Both the position numbers and the translations under genes were made by a program. Positions 1 to 7,383 of a DNA stretch of 64,000 nt are shown here, in pieces (within the stretch, counting starts at the first letter, position 1; each line of letters starts with the position of its first letter). The stretch spans positions 27,415 through 91,414 of the forward strand of contig SVIQ01000005.1 of the NCBI GenBank assembly GCA_015069415.1. Direction: 5' to 3'. The DNA comes from Clostridiales bacterium. Its GTDB lineage: Bacteria; Bacillota; Clostridia; Christensenellales; UBA1242. The notes beneath the pieces are model-generated. The model had not been told where the DNA came from. It saw nothing but the letters and a program-made list of their open reading frames with translations, and did not search any database.

Positions 1-351
1 TCGATTTGAATTTTTCGTATAGTAAAGAACGTTGTTTTTAATTTGAACTTCAAAGTCATGAGAAAGGATTGTGTTTAAAAGTTCTAGCTTTTGATTTTTG
101 CTAAGCAAGCGGAAAGCAGAAAAATATTTTAACACTTCATTTGTGTTCTTTTTGCTCATTGTAATTTTTTCTTGTTTGCGTCCTAAAAAATAGTACAGTA
201 AAAATAGGATTGCAAAACTGAAAATTAAACTTAAGAAAAAAGTAGGCCATAGTGAACGAATGTAAAAATTGATCCAGGCAAAAATAAGTAAGAATGTAGC
301 AGTGCTTACAAAAATTTTATCAATCAAATTTACAACTTTGAATTTAGACAT
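1..351 (-). CDS. hypothetical membrane protein, N-terminal part only (ORF runs off the window edge)
   Basis: My own minus-strand translation from the ATG at 349-351 gives MSKFKVVNLIDKIFVSTATFLLIFAWINFYIRSLWPTFFLSLIFSFAILFLLYYFLGRKQEK... It has two hydrophobic helices and stays open to position 1. It is absent from the ORF track because it is truncated. No family recognised. Confidence 0.4.
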   Translation of the reverse strand, partial: MSKFKVVNLIDKIFVSTATFLLIFAWINFYIRSLWPTFFLSLIFSFAILFLLYYFLGRKQEKITMSKKNTNEVLKYFSAFRLLSKNQKLELLNTILSHDFEVQIKNNVLYYTKNSNR

Positions 352-436
352 ATTAACCTCAAAATAATGATTGACTAGAAAAAAAAGAATATACTTTCAT
401 TTGACAAATTTTTTAATCTCTATTAAAATAAATACT

Positions 437-853
437 ATGAAAAAAGAGTATATTGTAAAATCATTAGAAGAGACTAAAAAAGTTGCTGAAGAGTTTTCTC
501 TTTTGCTTAAAGAAGGCGATACGGTTTTGCTTGATGGAGATTTAGGCGCTGGTAAAACTACGTTTACTAAATTTGTTTTTGAATGTTTGGGAGTGAAAGG
601 AAATGTAACAAGTCCTACATTTGCGATTTTGAAAATATATGAAGGGAAATTTAAGCTTAATCATTTTGATATGTATAGAGTCAATGAAGATGAGGCAATA
701 GAGTCTGGTTTTGATGAAATAATTGGAGCAAAAGATTCTGTGTCATTTATTGAATGGAGTGAGAATGTTTCTTCATTGATTCCAAAAAATACTAAAAAAG
801 TTACAATAACAAGATTAGGTGAAAATGAAAGAAAATTTGAGTTTTCATTATAA
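437..853 (+). CDS. tsaE: tRNA t6A37 biosynthesis ATPase TsaE (YjeE family)
   Basis: P-loop GDLGAGKTTFTK, length about 138 aa, followed by tsaB. I prefer the ATG at 437 (MKKEYIV...) over the TTG at 371 given in the track. Confidence 0.85.
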   Translation: MKKEYIVKSLEETKKVAEEFSLLLKEGDTVLLDGDLGAGKTTFTKFVFECLGVKGNVTSPTFAILKIYEGKFKLNHFDMYRVNEDEAIESGFDEIIGAKDSVSFIEWSENVSSLIPKNTKKVTITRLGENERKFEFSL

Positions 854-883
854 AAATTTATAAAATAAAGGAAAAACTACATA

Positions 884-1930
884 ATGAGCGTGAAATTGTG
901 TGTTAATACGGCAAATTCTAATTTATTTTTGTGTCTAAGTAAAGATGGACAAGTTTTCAAAAAACAATTAGAAAAAAATTTAAAGCATAATGAATATTTG
1001 CTTCCGTGTTTAGATGAATTGTTAAATGAGGCGTGTTTAAAAGTTTCAGATGTTGATGAATTTGGAGTTGTTGTAGGTCCGGGTTCTTTTACTGGGATTA
1101 GGGTTGGTGTTTCAACTGTTAAAGCTTTAAGAGATGCTTTAAATAAAAGTGCGAAAGGTATTAACAATTTAGATTATCTTTTTAAATTAGCTTCTAAACA
1201 AAATTCAGATGTAAAAGTTGTTGCGATTGCAGGTAGTAGAAACAGTTATTTTGTTGCTAGATTTATTGAAGGACAAATTTATAAATATGACAGAAATTTA
1301 ACCACGGAAGAATTGATTGCTTTGGCTGAAAATTCTCCTATTGGAATGTTTGAAGAAGATGAAAATTTAAATTGTTTCGTAGTTGAAACTGATGCTGAGA
1401 CAATGCTTGAATGTTTGGATGAAAGTGTGGATGAAAATTTACTTCCGGTGTATTATCAACTGTCTCAAGCTGAGAATGAGAAGCTTAAAAAGTTTAACTT
1501 AAATTTAAAAGAAATGACAAAAGAGGATATAGCTGAAGTTTGTCAAATTGAAAGCGAAACTGCTTTAAGTGATAAATTGTCATACGAAGAGATTGAAAAA
1601 ATCATTGACAATCCAAATTACAAAAAATTTGTAATTGAAAATGACAATGAAATTTTAGCGTTTATGATTTTGCAAATTACTGATGAGGTTAATGTATTTA
1701 ACATTGTAACAAAAAGCGGTTTTAGAAATTTAGGTCTTGCTACAAAGTTGTTGAGCAAAGCAGAAGAGATTGCAAAAGTTTTAGGATTAAATTTAAGCCT
1801 TGAAGTAAGTGACAAAAATTTAACAGCTTATGTGTTTTATGAAAAGAATGGATTTGTAACTAGAAGAGTTAGAAAATGTTACTACAAGGATAAATCTAAT
1901 TGTATTGAAATGTTTAAAGTTGTCTCCTAG
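884..1930 (+). CDS. tsaB/rimI: TsaB (YeaZ) fused to a RimI-type GNAT N-acetyltransferase
   Basis: The N-terminal half carries the TsaB motif GPGSFTGIRVGVSTVKAL. The C-terminal ~145 aa carry a GNAT acetyl-CoA motif (SGFRNLGLATKLL) and a RimI-like tail (YEKNGF). It is one uninterrupted 348-aa frame. Confidence 0.8.
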   Translation: MSVKLCVNTANSNLFLCLSKDGQVFKKQLEKNLKHNEYLLPCLDELLNEACLKVSDVDEFGVVVGPGSFTGIRVGVSTVKALRDALNKSAKGINNLDYLFKLASKQNSDVKVVAIAGSRNSYFVARFIEGQIYKYDRNLTTEELIALAENSPIGMFEEDENLNCFVVETDAETMLECLDESVDENLLPVYYQLSQAENEKLKKFNLNLKEMTKEDIAEVCQIESETALSDKLSYEEIEKIIDNPNYKKFVIENDNEILAFMILQITDEVNVFNIVTKSGFRNLGLATKLLSKAEEIAKVLGLNLSLEVSDKNLTAYVFYEKNGFVTRRVRKCYYKDKSNCIEMFKVVS

Positions 1931-3423
1931 TGATAATCATCAGGTAAGTCATTTAAAAATAAAATTGTATCTTCTTCTGACAAGTTTTGATAATAAGTGG
2001 AAGCGTCTTCTAAAGTTGAAGCGTAAACAATTTTGTTTTTATGAAAATTAATAGAATTAAGCCCGTCTGTAAGGGCTTTTTTGTTGTGCTCTCCAACTAT
2101 GATGATTTTGTCTAAATTTTTGCACATTGTACCGAGTTTGAAATTTAAATCATATTCACTAATTCCTCCTTCGATAATGCCCGGAGTGATTAAAATTTTT
2201 TTACCTTTGGTTTGTTCTAAAACGAACAAAGATTCTTTCGCACTTGCAATTGAGCAGTTGTAGCTGTCGTCCAAAATGTTGATGTGTGATTTAATGAATT
2301 CTAGTCTGTGTGGAATAAGGTTTAATTTAGGCACTGTTTCTAAAATGTTTTCAATAGGAATTTCTAAAATTAAAGACATCGCAGAGGCGAGAAGAATGTT
2401 TGTTACATTGTGTCTTCCTAGTAAATTGGTTTCAATGTCGTAAGAAGAGTTGTTGATGAAAATTTTAAATTTTGTTTTAAAATTTTCGATTTTGATAGAT
2501 TTTGCATATATTTTTGCATGTTTTTTTGTCGAAACAAAATAATTTTTCTTTTTATTTTTTAAATATTCGTTTTTAATAAATTCGTTGTCTATATTGAGGA
2601 CACAATGGTTTTCGTTTAATTGATAATACAATTCAAATTTTTCTTTTACTATATTTTCTATTGATTTAAAAGTTTCAAGATGCTGAGGGGCGATAGATGT
2701 GATAATCCCAAAGTCTGCACCAAAAATTTCTATTAGCTTTTTTATGTCTCCAGATTTTCTTGCGCCGTATTCAAGTATTATAACTTCAGTGTCAGATTTT
2801 AACTCGTTGTTAATAAATTTACTTAAGCCTAAAGGAGTGTTATAACTAGATGGAGAGGCTTGCGCTTTATATTTTGTTGAAAGTAATTGTAACAAAATAT
2901 TTTTTACTGTTGTCTTGCCGTTGCTTCCGGTGATTGCAATAATTTTTGGTTTATATGTACTGAGTTTTTCTTGTGCAAGTTTTATAAATTTTTTATTTCT
3001 TACAAAGTCGTATACGTCTAAAAATTTTGCGACAATAGGAAGAAATGTTAAGAGGGATAGGATTAGTATGTTGCTGTAAGGAAAATGCAAAATCAATACA
3101 CTTATAACAATCATGACTAAATACAAAATTTTTGATTTTTTAGTCCAATTGAGTGGTGTTTTTTTTGAAGATATTAAATTGAAATTTAGATAGAACAATG
3201 TTAAAAGTGCAAATAAAGAAAAGATAAAAAATAATAATAAATTTTTAAAAAACATTAAAAATATCGCTAAAAACGTGTAAAAAATCGTCGAAAAGTAATA
3301 TTTTTTTGAAAAATATTTTAAATATCGTTTGTTTTGATAGTCTCTTAGTTGATAAATATGCAAATATTTTTTTAGAATAAAAATGCAAATAACAAAAGTA
3401 ACAATATTAAAAATTAAAATCAA
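1927..3423 (-). CDS. murF: MurF-like Mur ligase with an N-terminal multi-pass membrane domain
   Basis: Mur ligase P-loop IAITGSNGKTT near residue 166 and DSYNCS (canonical MurF has D-x-YNANP). About 330 aa follow the P-loop, as in MurF. The first ~140 aa are 4-5 hydrophobic helices. The TTG start overlaps the stop of the upstream hydrolase. The gene is divergent from ddl. Confidence 0.6.
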   Translation of the reverse strand: MILIFNIVTFVICIFILKKYLHIYQLRDYQNKRYLKYFSKKYYFSTIFYTFLAIFLMFFKNLLLFFIFSLFALLTLFYLNFNLISSKKTPLNWTKKSKILYLVMIVISVLILHFPYSNILILSLLTFLPIVAKFLDVYDFVRNKKFIKLAQEKLSTYKPKIIAITGSNGKTTVKNILLQLLSTKYKAQASPSSYNTPLGLSKFINNELKSDTEVIILEYGARKSGDIKKLIEIFGADFGIITSIAPQHLETFKSIENIVKEKFELYYQLNENHCVLNIDNEFIKNEYLKNKKKNYFVSTKKHAKIYAKSIKIENFKTKFKIFINNSSYDIETNLLGRHNVTNILLASAMSLILEIPIENILETVPKLNLIPHRLEFIKSHINILDDSYNCSIASAKESLFVLEQTKGKKILITPGIIEGGISEYDLNFKLGTMCKNLDKIIIVGEHNKKALTDGLNSINFHKNKIVYASTLEDASTYYQNLSEEDTILFLNDLPDDYH

Positions 3424-4121
3424 GAGCTTAAAAATTTTATCACCTCATAATTGAATTTTTCTTCATGAGTTAGATATGCAAAATGGTCACCGGTTGTCAC
3501 AATTGTTAACGAGTGTGATTTGTTTTCTTGTTTGATTTTTTTCATAATCCACAATGGAGTTTCTTTATCTTTTCTTCCCCAAAACAAAAGAATGGAGCAA
3601 TTAAATTTTGTTAAGTTCTTAAGGTTTAAGTTGACTACATTTTTAAAAGTTTGTTGATTTGTTTTAGAAAGATTTTTGTAATCGGGACTAATTAAATTTT
3701 TTAAATTAGATGAATTGTTTAAAAGAATAAGTTTTTGTCTCGCACTTATTTTCTTAAACATATTTTTCTGTTTAGGACCGGCTCCTCCTGTTATGATAAT
3801 TTTTAAAATTTTAATTTTGTTTTTAATAAGCATGCTAACTCTAAATCCAAAACTGTGACATAGAATGATGACTTCATTTACATTTAAACTTTTTAATAAA
3901 TTCTCGACAAGAGAAGAATAATCATTCATTGTCCAACTGGATGTAGTTTGTTCAATTGTTGGCATGGTAAGAACAATTATTCGAAACTTGTTTTTTAATA
4001 AATTTAAAGTTTTATTAAAAGAATTTTTACATCCTCCCCATCCGTGCAGAACTAAAATTGTTTGATTTCCATTTCCAAAAATAGAATAATCTATTACTTC
4101 GTTTTTAAATAAAAAATTCAT
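3420..4121 (-). CDS. alpha/beta-fold hydrolase
   Basis: Oxyanion-region motif VLHGWGG, nucleophile elbow CHSFGF, and a C-terminal GDHF histidine region. I use the ATG at 4121 (MNFLFKNE...). The longer track ORF (to 4241) runs antisense into ddl. Confidence 0.6.
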   Translation of the reverse strand: MNFLFKNEVIDYSIFGNGNQTILVLHGWGGCKNSFNKTLNLLKNKFRIIVLTMPTIEQTTSSWTMNDYSSLVENLLKSLNVNEVIILCHSFGFRVSMLIKNKIKILKIIITGGAGPKQKNMFKKISARQKLILLNNSSNLKNLISPDYKNLSKTNQQTFKNVVNLNLKNLTKFNCSILLFWGRKDKETPLWIMKKIKQENKSHSLTIVTTGDHFAYLTHEEKFNYEVIKFLSS

Positions 4122-4169
4122 AATTTCATATATGCAAACATTTTTAAAAATTCTAACATATGTAAAGGT

Positions 4170-5246
4170 ATGAAAAAGAAATGTGTAATATTTGGTGGAG
4201 CAAGTTGCGAACATGATGTTTCGATTATAACTGGAATGCAACTTGCTAAAAAATTTTCAGCAAAAGAGGAAATTGAAAAAATTTATTTAGGACTTGATAA
4301 CAAATTTTATTTGGCAACAAAAGTAACAGACTTGAAAACTTTTTCAGACAAAAAAAATTTAAAATTGAAAGAAATAGTTATAAAAGATTCTTCTATATTC
4401 ATAAAAGGTGTACTTTTAAAAAAATATTGTGAAATTGATTGCGTAATCAATTGTTGTCATGGAGGTATCGGAGAGAATGGAACTCTTGCTGGATTTTTCT
4501 TAACTAATAAAGTTTCATATGTTGGCTCATCTCCGTTGAGTGCTGGTATAACTATGGATAAAACGCTAACAAAAAAATTAATAGACAAGAAAATTAACAC
4601 TATAAAAGGTGTCTTAGTCACAAAAGAAAATTTTGATGATGCTACTAAAAAAATAGAAAAAGAATTTAAAGATGAGTTGATTGTAAAACCTAATTCTCTC
4701 GGTTCTAGCATAGGTGTTAAGGCTTGCACTAAAAATGATTTTAAAGATCAGATTTTAGCAATTTTTGAATTAAACGACGACGCTCTTGTTGAAGAAAGGA
4801 TTGTTGATTTAATTGAATACAATCAAGCGTGTTTTAGAGATAAAGATGAATTAGTGCTTAGCGCTATTGAACAGCCGATTACAAAATCAAAATTTTTAAC
4901 GTTTAAAGATAAGTATCAAAATAATTGTAAAGGTAAAGGAACGGATAGAATAATTCCTGCAAAGATAGAAAAGAAACTTCAATCAAAAATTGAGAAATGG
5001 ACGGCAGAAATTTATGAAACATTGTCTTTAGGCGGAGTTGTAAGAGTAGATTACATTTTTGATAGAGAAACTGGCGAGCTTTATTTTAATGAAGTCAATA
5101 CCATTCCGGGAAGTATGGCTTTTTATCTCTATGAAGAAAAAGGCATTGATTATGTAACCTTAATCGAAAGATTGATTGAAAACAAAATTAGCCCAAAAGA
5201 ATTTACTTTCATAGAAACGGGAATTTTAAGTAGCAAAAATATATAA
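4170..5246 (+). CDS. ddl: D-alanine--D-alanine ligase
   Basis: N-terminus MKKKCVIFGGASCEHDVSIITG, C-terminal ATP-grasp motif FNEVNTIPGSMAF, 358 aa. Confidence 0.9.
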   Translation: MKKKCVIFGGASCEHDVSIITGMQLAKKFSAKEEIEKIYLGLDNKFYLATKVTDLKTFSDKKNLKLKEIVIKDSSIFIKGVLLKKYCEIDCVINCCHGGIGENGTLAGFFLTNKVSYVGSSPLSAGITMDKTLTKKLIDKKINTIKGVLVTKENFDDATKKIEKEFKDELIVKPNSLGSSIGVKACTKNDFKDQILAIFELNDDALVEERIVDLIEYNQACFRDKDELVLSAIEQPITKSKFLTFKDKYQNNCKGKGTDRIIPAKIEKKLQSKIEKWTAEIYETLSLGGVVRVDYIFDRETGELYFNEVNTIPGSMAFYLYEEKGIDYVTLIERLIENKISPKEFTFIETGILSSKNI

Positions 5247-5280
5247 TTGTTTTAAATTTCTTTTATTAGTACATTATTAA

Positions 5281-5307
5281 ATACGGCAAAAGATTGCTGT
5301 ATTTTTT
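5281..5307 (+). terminator. rho-independent terminator after ddl
   Basis: 8-bp stem ATACGGCA/TGCTGTAT (one G-U pair) followed by a T-run. Confidence 0.55.
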
Positions 5308-5368
5308 ATGTTGAAAATTAAAATGTAAGTTGAGAATTTAGATTGTAAAAAAAATCTGTTAAAAAAAT

Positions 5369-5397
5369 TTGATTTAAAAAAAATTTTCTGTTACAAT
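5369..5397 (+). promoter_or_regulatory. sigma-A type promoter upstream of the topoisomerase operon
   Basis: TTGATT, 17-nt spacer, TGt-TACAAT (extended -10). Confidence 0.45.
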
Positions 5398-5439
5398 ATA
5401 ATTTGTGAAAAAAGAAATTTAAATTTACTGGGGGATATT

Positions 5440-7383
5440 GTGGCTAGTTATGATGCAAAAGATTTAGTAGTGTTAGAAGGGCTTGATGCTGTTCGTATGC
5501 GTCCGGGAATGTACATTGGTACTACTGGAATTAAGGGACTTCATCACCTTTTGTGGGAAATAATTGATAATGCAGTTGACGAGGTTGCAAATGGATACGG
5601 AAACAAAGTTGAAGTAACTTTGCATAAAGACGGAACTGCATCTGTTCTTGATAATGGTAGAGGAATTCCAGTTGGTATTCACCCAAAACTTAAAGTGAGC
5701 GGTGTGGAACTTGTATTTACACAACTTCACGCGGGCGGAAAGTTCGGTGATGACAACTACAAGTATTCTGGAGGTTTGCACGGAGTTGGTGCTTCTGTTA
5801 CAAATGCTTTGAGTCGTTATCTTGACGTTACTGTTCATAAAGATGGTAAAAAGTACTCTGCGAGATTTGAGTCTATTGAAAAGGGTGGCAAAGTTCACAG
5901 TGGTGTAACTGTTCAACATTTAACTGAAGTTGGAAAGACAACTCAAAAAGGAACTTATGTTCGTTTCCTTCCAGACGACAGAGTTTTTAAAGATACAAAG
6001 TTTGATTACAACACAGTTTTAGAAAGACTTAAAGAAACAGCATTTTTAAACAAAGGAATTCACATTGAGTTAATTGATGAAAGAACTAGCAAACATGAAA
6101 CATTGTGTTATGAGGGTGGAATTAGAGATTATGTAACTCATTTAACAAGTGAAAAGAAACCTTTGTTTGTGCCTCCAATTTACATTGAGAATGAAATAGA
6201 TGATACTTATGTTTCTCTTGCTCTTCAATATGTTGATACCTACACTGAAAACATATTTAGTTATGTTAACAACATTCCAACTCCAGAAGGAGGAACTCAT
6301 GAAGTTGGATTTAAAACAGCTCTTACAAAAGTGTTAAATGATTTTGCAAAGAAACATAATCTAATTAAAGAAAAGGATGTTCCTTTTATTGGAGATGACT
6401 TTAGAGAAGGTCTTGTAGCAGTTTTGTCAATAAAAATGAAAAACGTTCAATTTGAAGGACAAACAAAAACAAAACTCGGAAACGTTGAAGCTAGAAGCAG
6501 AGTTGAAACTGTTTGTGCTCAAGGTTTGACAGAATTCTTTGAAAGTAAGAAAAATGAAAACGTCGGATCTTTAATCATTGAAAAAGCAAAAGGTGCAGCG
6601 CGTGTTAGACAGGCTGCAAAGAAAGCAAAAGAACTCACAAGAGCAAAGAACTCAATTGAGGGAAGCATGCTCATTGGTCAACTCGCTAACTGCACAAGTA
6701 GAAATAGCGATATTAATGAACTTTTCATCGTTGAGGGTAAATCGGCAGGAGGATCTGCAAAACAAGGAAGAGACAGATACTTCCAAGCTGTTTTACCACT
6801 TAGAGGAAAGCCTTTAAACAGCGAAAAGAAAAGAATAGATCAAGTTCTTGCAAATGAAGAAATTAGAACTATTATTGGAGCACTTGGAACAGGAATTGGA
6901 GAAGATTTCAAGTTGGAAAATTTAAAATATAACAAAGTTATTATTTTAAGTGATGCCGATCCGGATGGAATGCACATTCGTTGTATTTTGCTCACGTTCT
7001 TCTTTAGATATATGCGCCCATTAATTACAAACGGAAACGTTTACATTGGCATGCCTCCTCTTTACGGAGTAAAAAGTAAAGGAAAAATTATTTACTGCTA
7101 CACGGATGAAGAACTTGCCGACATTACTAAGGATTTAAGTAAATACACAATCCAACGTTATAAAGGTCTTGGAGAAATGGATTACGACCAACTTAGAGAC
7201 ACAACTCTCGATCCAGCAAAACGTACAATTATTAGAGTAGGTTTAGAGGATGCTGTTCAAGCGGACAAAGAGATATCTTTGTGGATGGGAGATGAAATTG
7301 GCGCTAGAAAAGATTACATTAACAAATATGCAAATTTTAATCGCGTGGATAATTTTGAAACTAAAACGGAGGATGAAGAATAA
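5440..7383 (+). CDS. parE: type IIA DNA topoisomerase subunit B (ParE-like; GyrB not excluded)
   Basis: GHKL N-terminus VLEGLDAVRMRPGMYIG, Toprim motif EGKSAGGSAKQGRDR, PLRGK. GTG start behind a GGGGGA RBS. The call as topo IV rests on the partner subunit. Confidence 0.6.
   Translation: MASYDAKDLVVLEGLDAVRMRPGMYIGTTGIKGLHHLLWEIIDNAVDEVANGYGNKVEVTLHKDGTASVLDNGRGIPVGIHPKLKVSGVELVFTQLHAGGKFGDDNYKYSGGLHGVGASVTNALSRYLDVTVHKDGKKYSARFESIEKGGKVHSGVTVQHLTEVGKTTQKGTYVRFLPDDRVFKDTKFDYNTVLERLKETAFLNKGIHIELIDERTSKHETLCYEGGIRDYVTHLTSEKKPLFVPPIYIENEIDDTYVSLALQYVDTYTENIFSYVNNIPTPEGGTHEVGFKTALTKVLNDFAKKHNLIKEKDVPFIGDDFREGLVAVLSIKMKNVQFEGQTKTKLGNVEARSRVETVCAQGLTEFFESKKNENVGSLIIEKAKGAARVRQAAKKAKELTRAKNSIEGSMLIGQLANCTSRNSDINELFIVEGKSAGGSAKQGRDRYFQAVLPLRGKPLNSEKKRIDQVLANEEIRTIIGALGTGIGEDFKLENLKYNKVIILSDADPDGMHIRCILLTFFFRYMRPLITNGNVYIGMPPLYGVKSKGKIIYCYTDEELADITKDLSKYTIQRYKGLGEMDYDQLRDTTLDPAKRTIIRVGLEDAVQADKEISLWMGDEIGARKDYINKYANFNRVDNFETKTEDEE

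Noticed and set aside
371-436. N-terminal extensions proposed by the ORF track for tsaE (371), the hydrolase (4241), nrdR (10249), ABC-F (11612), ppdK (17929), ackA (24860), plsX (27615), the 37538 ORF, ligA (40299), the 50629 ORF and the 54551 ORF.
   Set aside because: In each case an internal ATG is preceded by a good GGAG-type RBS and gives the canonical family N-terminus. The extension overlaps a terminator, a promoter or the neighbouring gene.
5473-5919. This is one of many antisense or out-of-frame ORFs of 60-170 aa in the track that lie inside long genes. Examples are 877-1167, 4457-4729, 5473-5919, 18966-19211, 30526-30825, 41693-42211, 45865-46161, 46983-47291, 48052-48405 and 48757-49014.
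   Set aside because: Each lies wholly inside a well-supported gene on the other strand or in another frame. They lack ribosome-binding sites and have low-complexity, Ser/Leu/Phe/Ile-rich translations typical of chance ORFs. None shows a recognisable motif.
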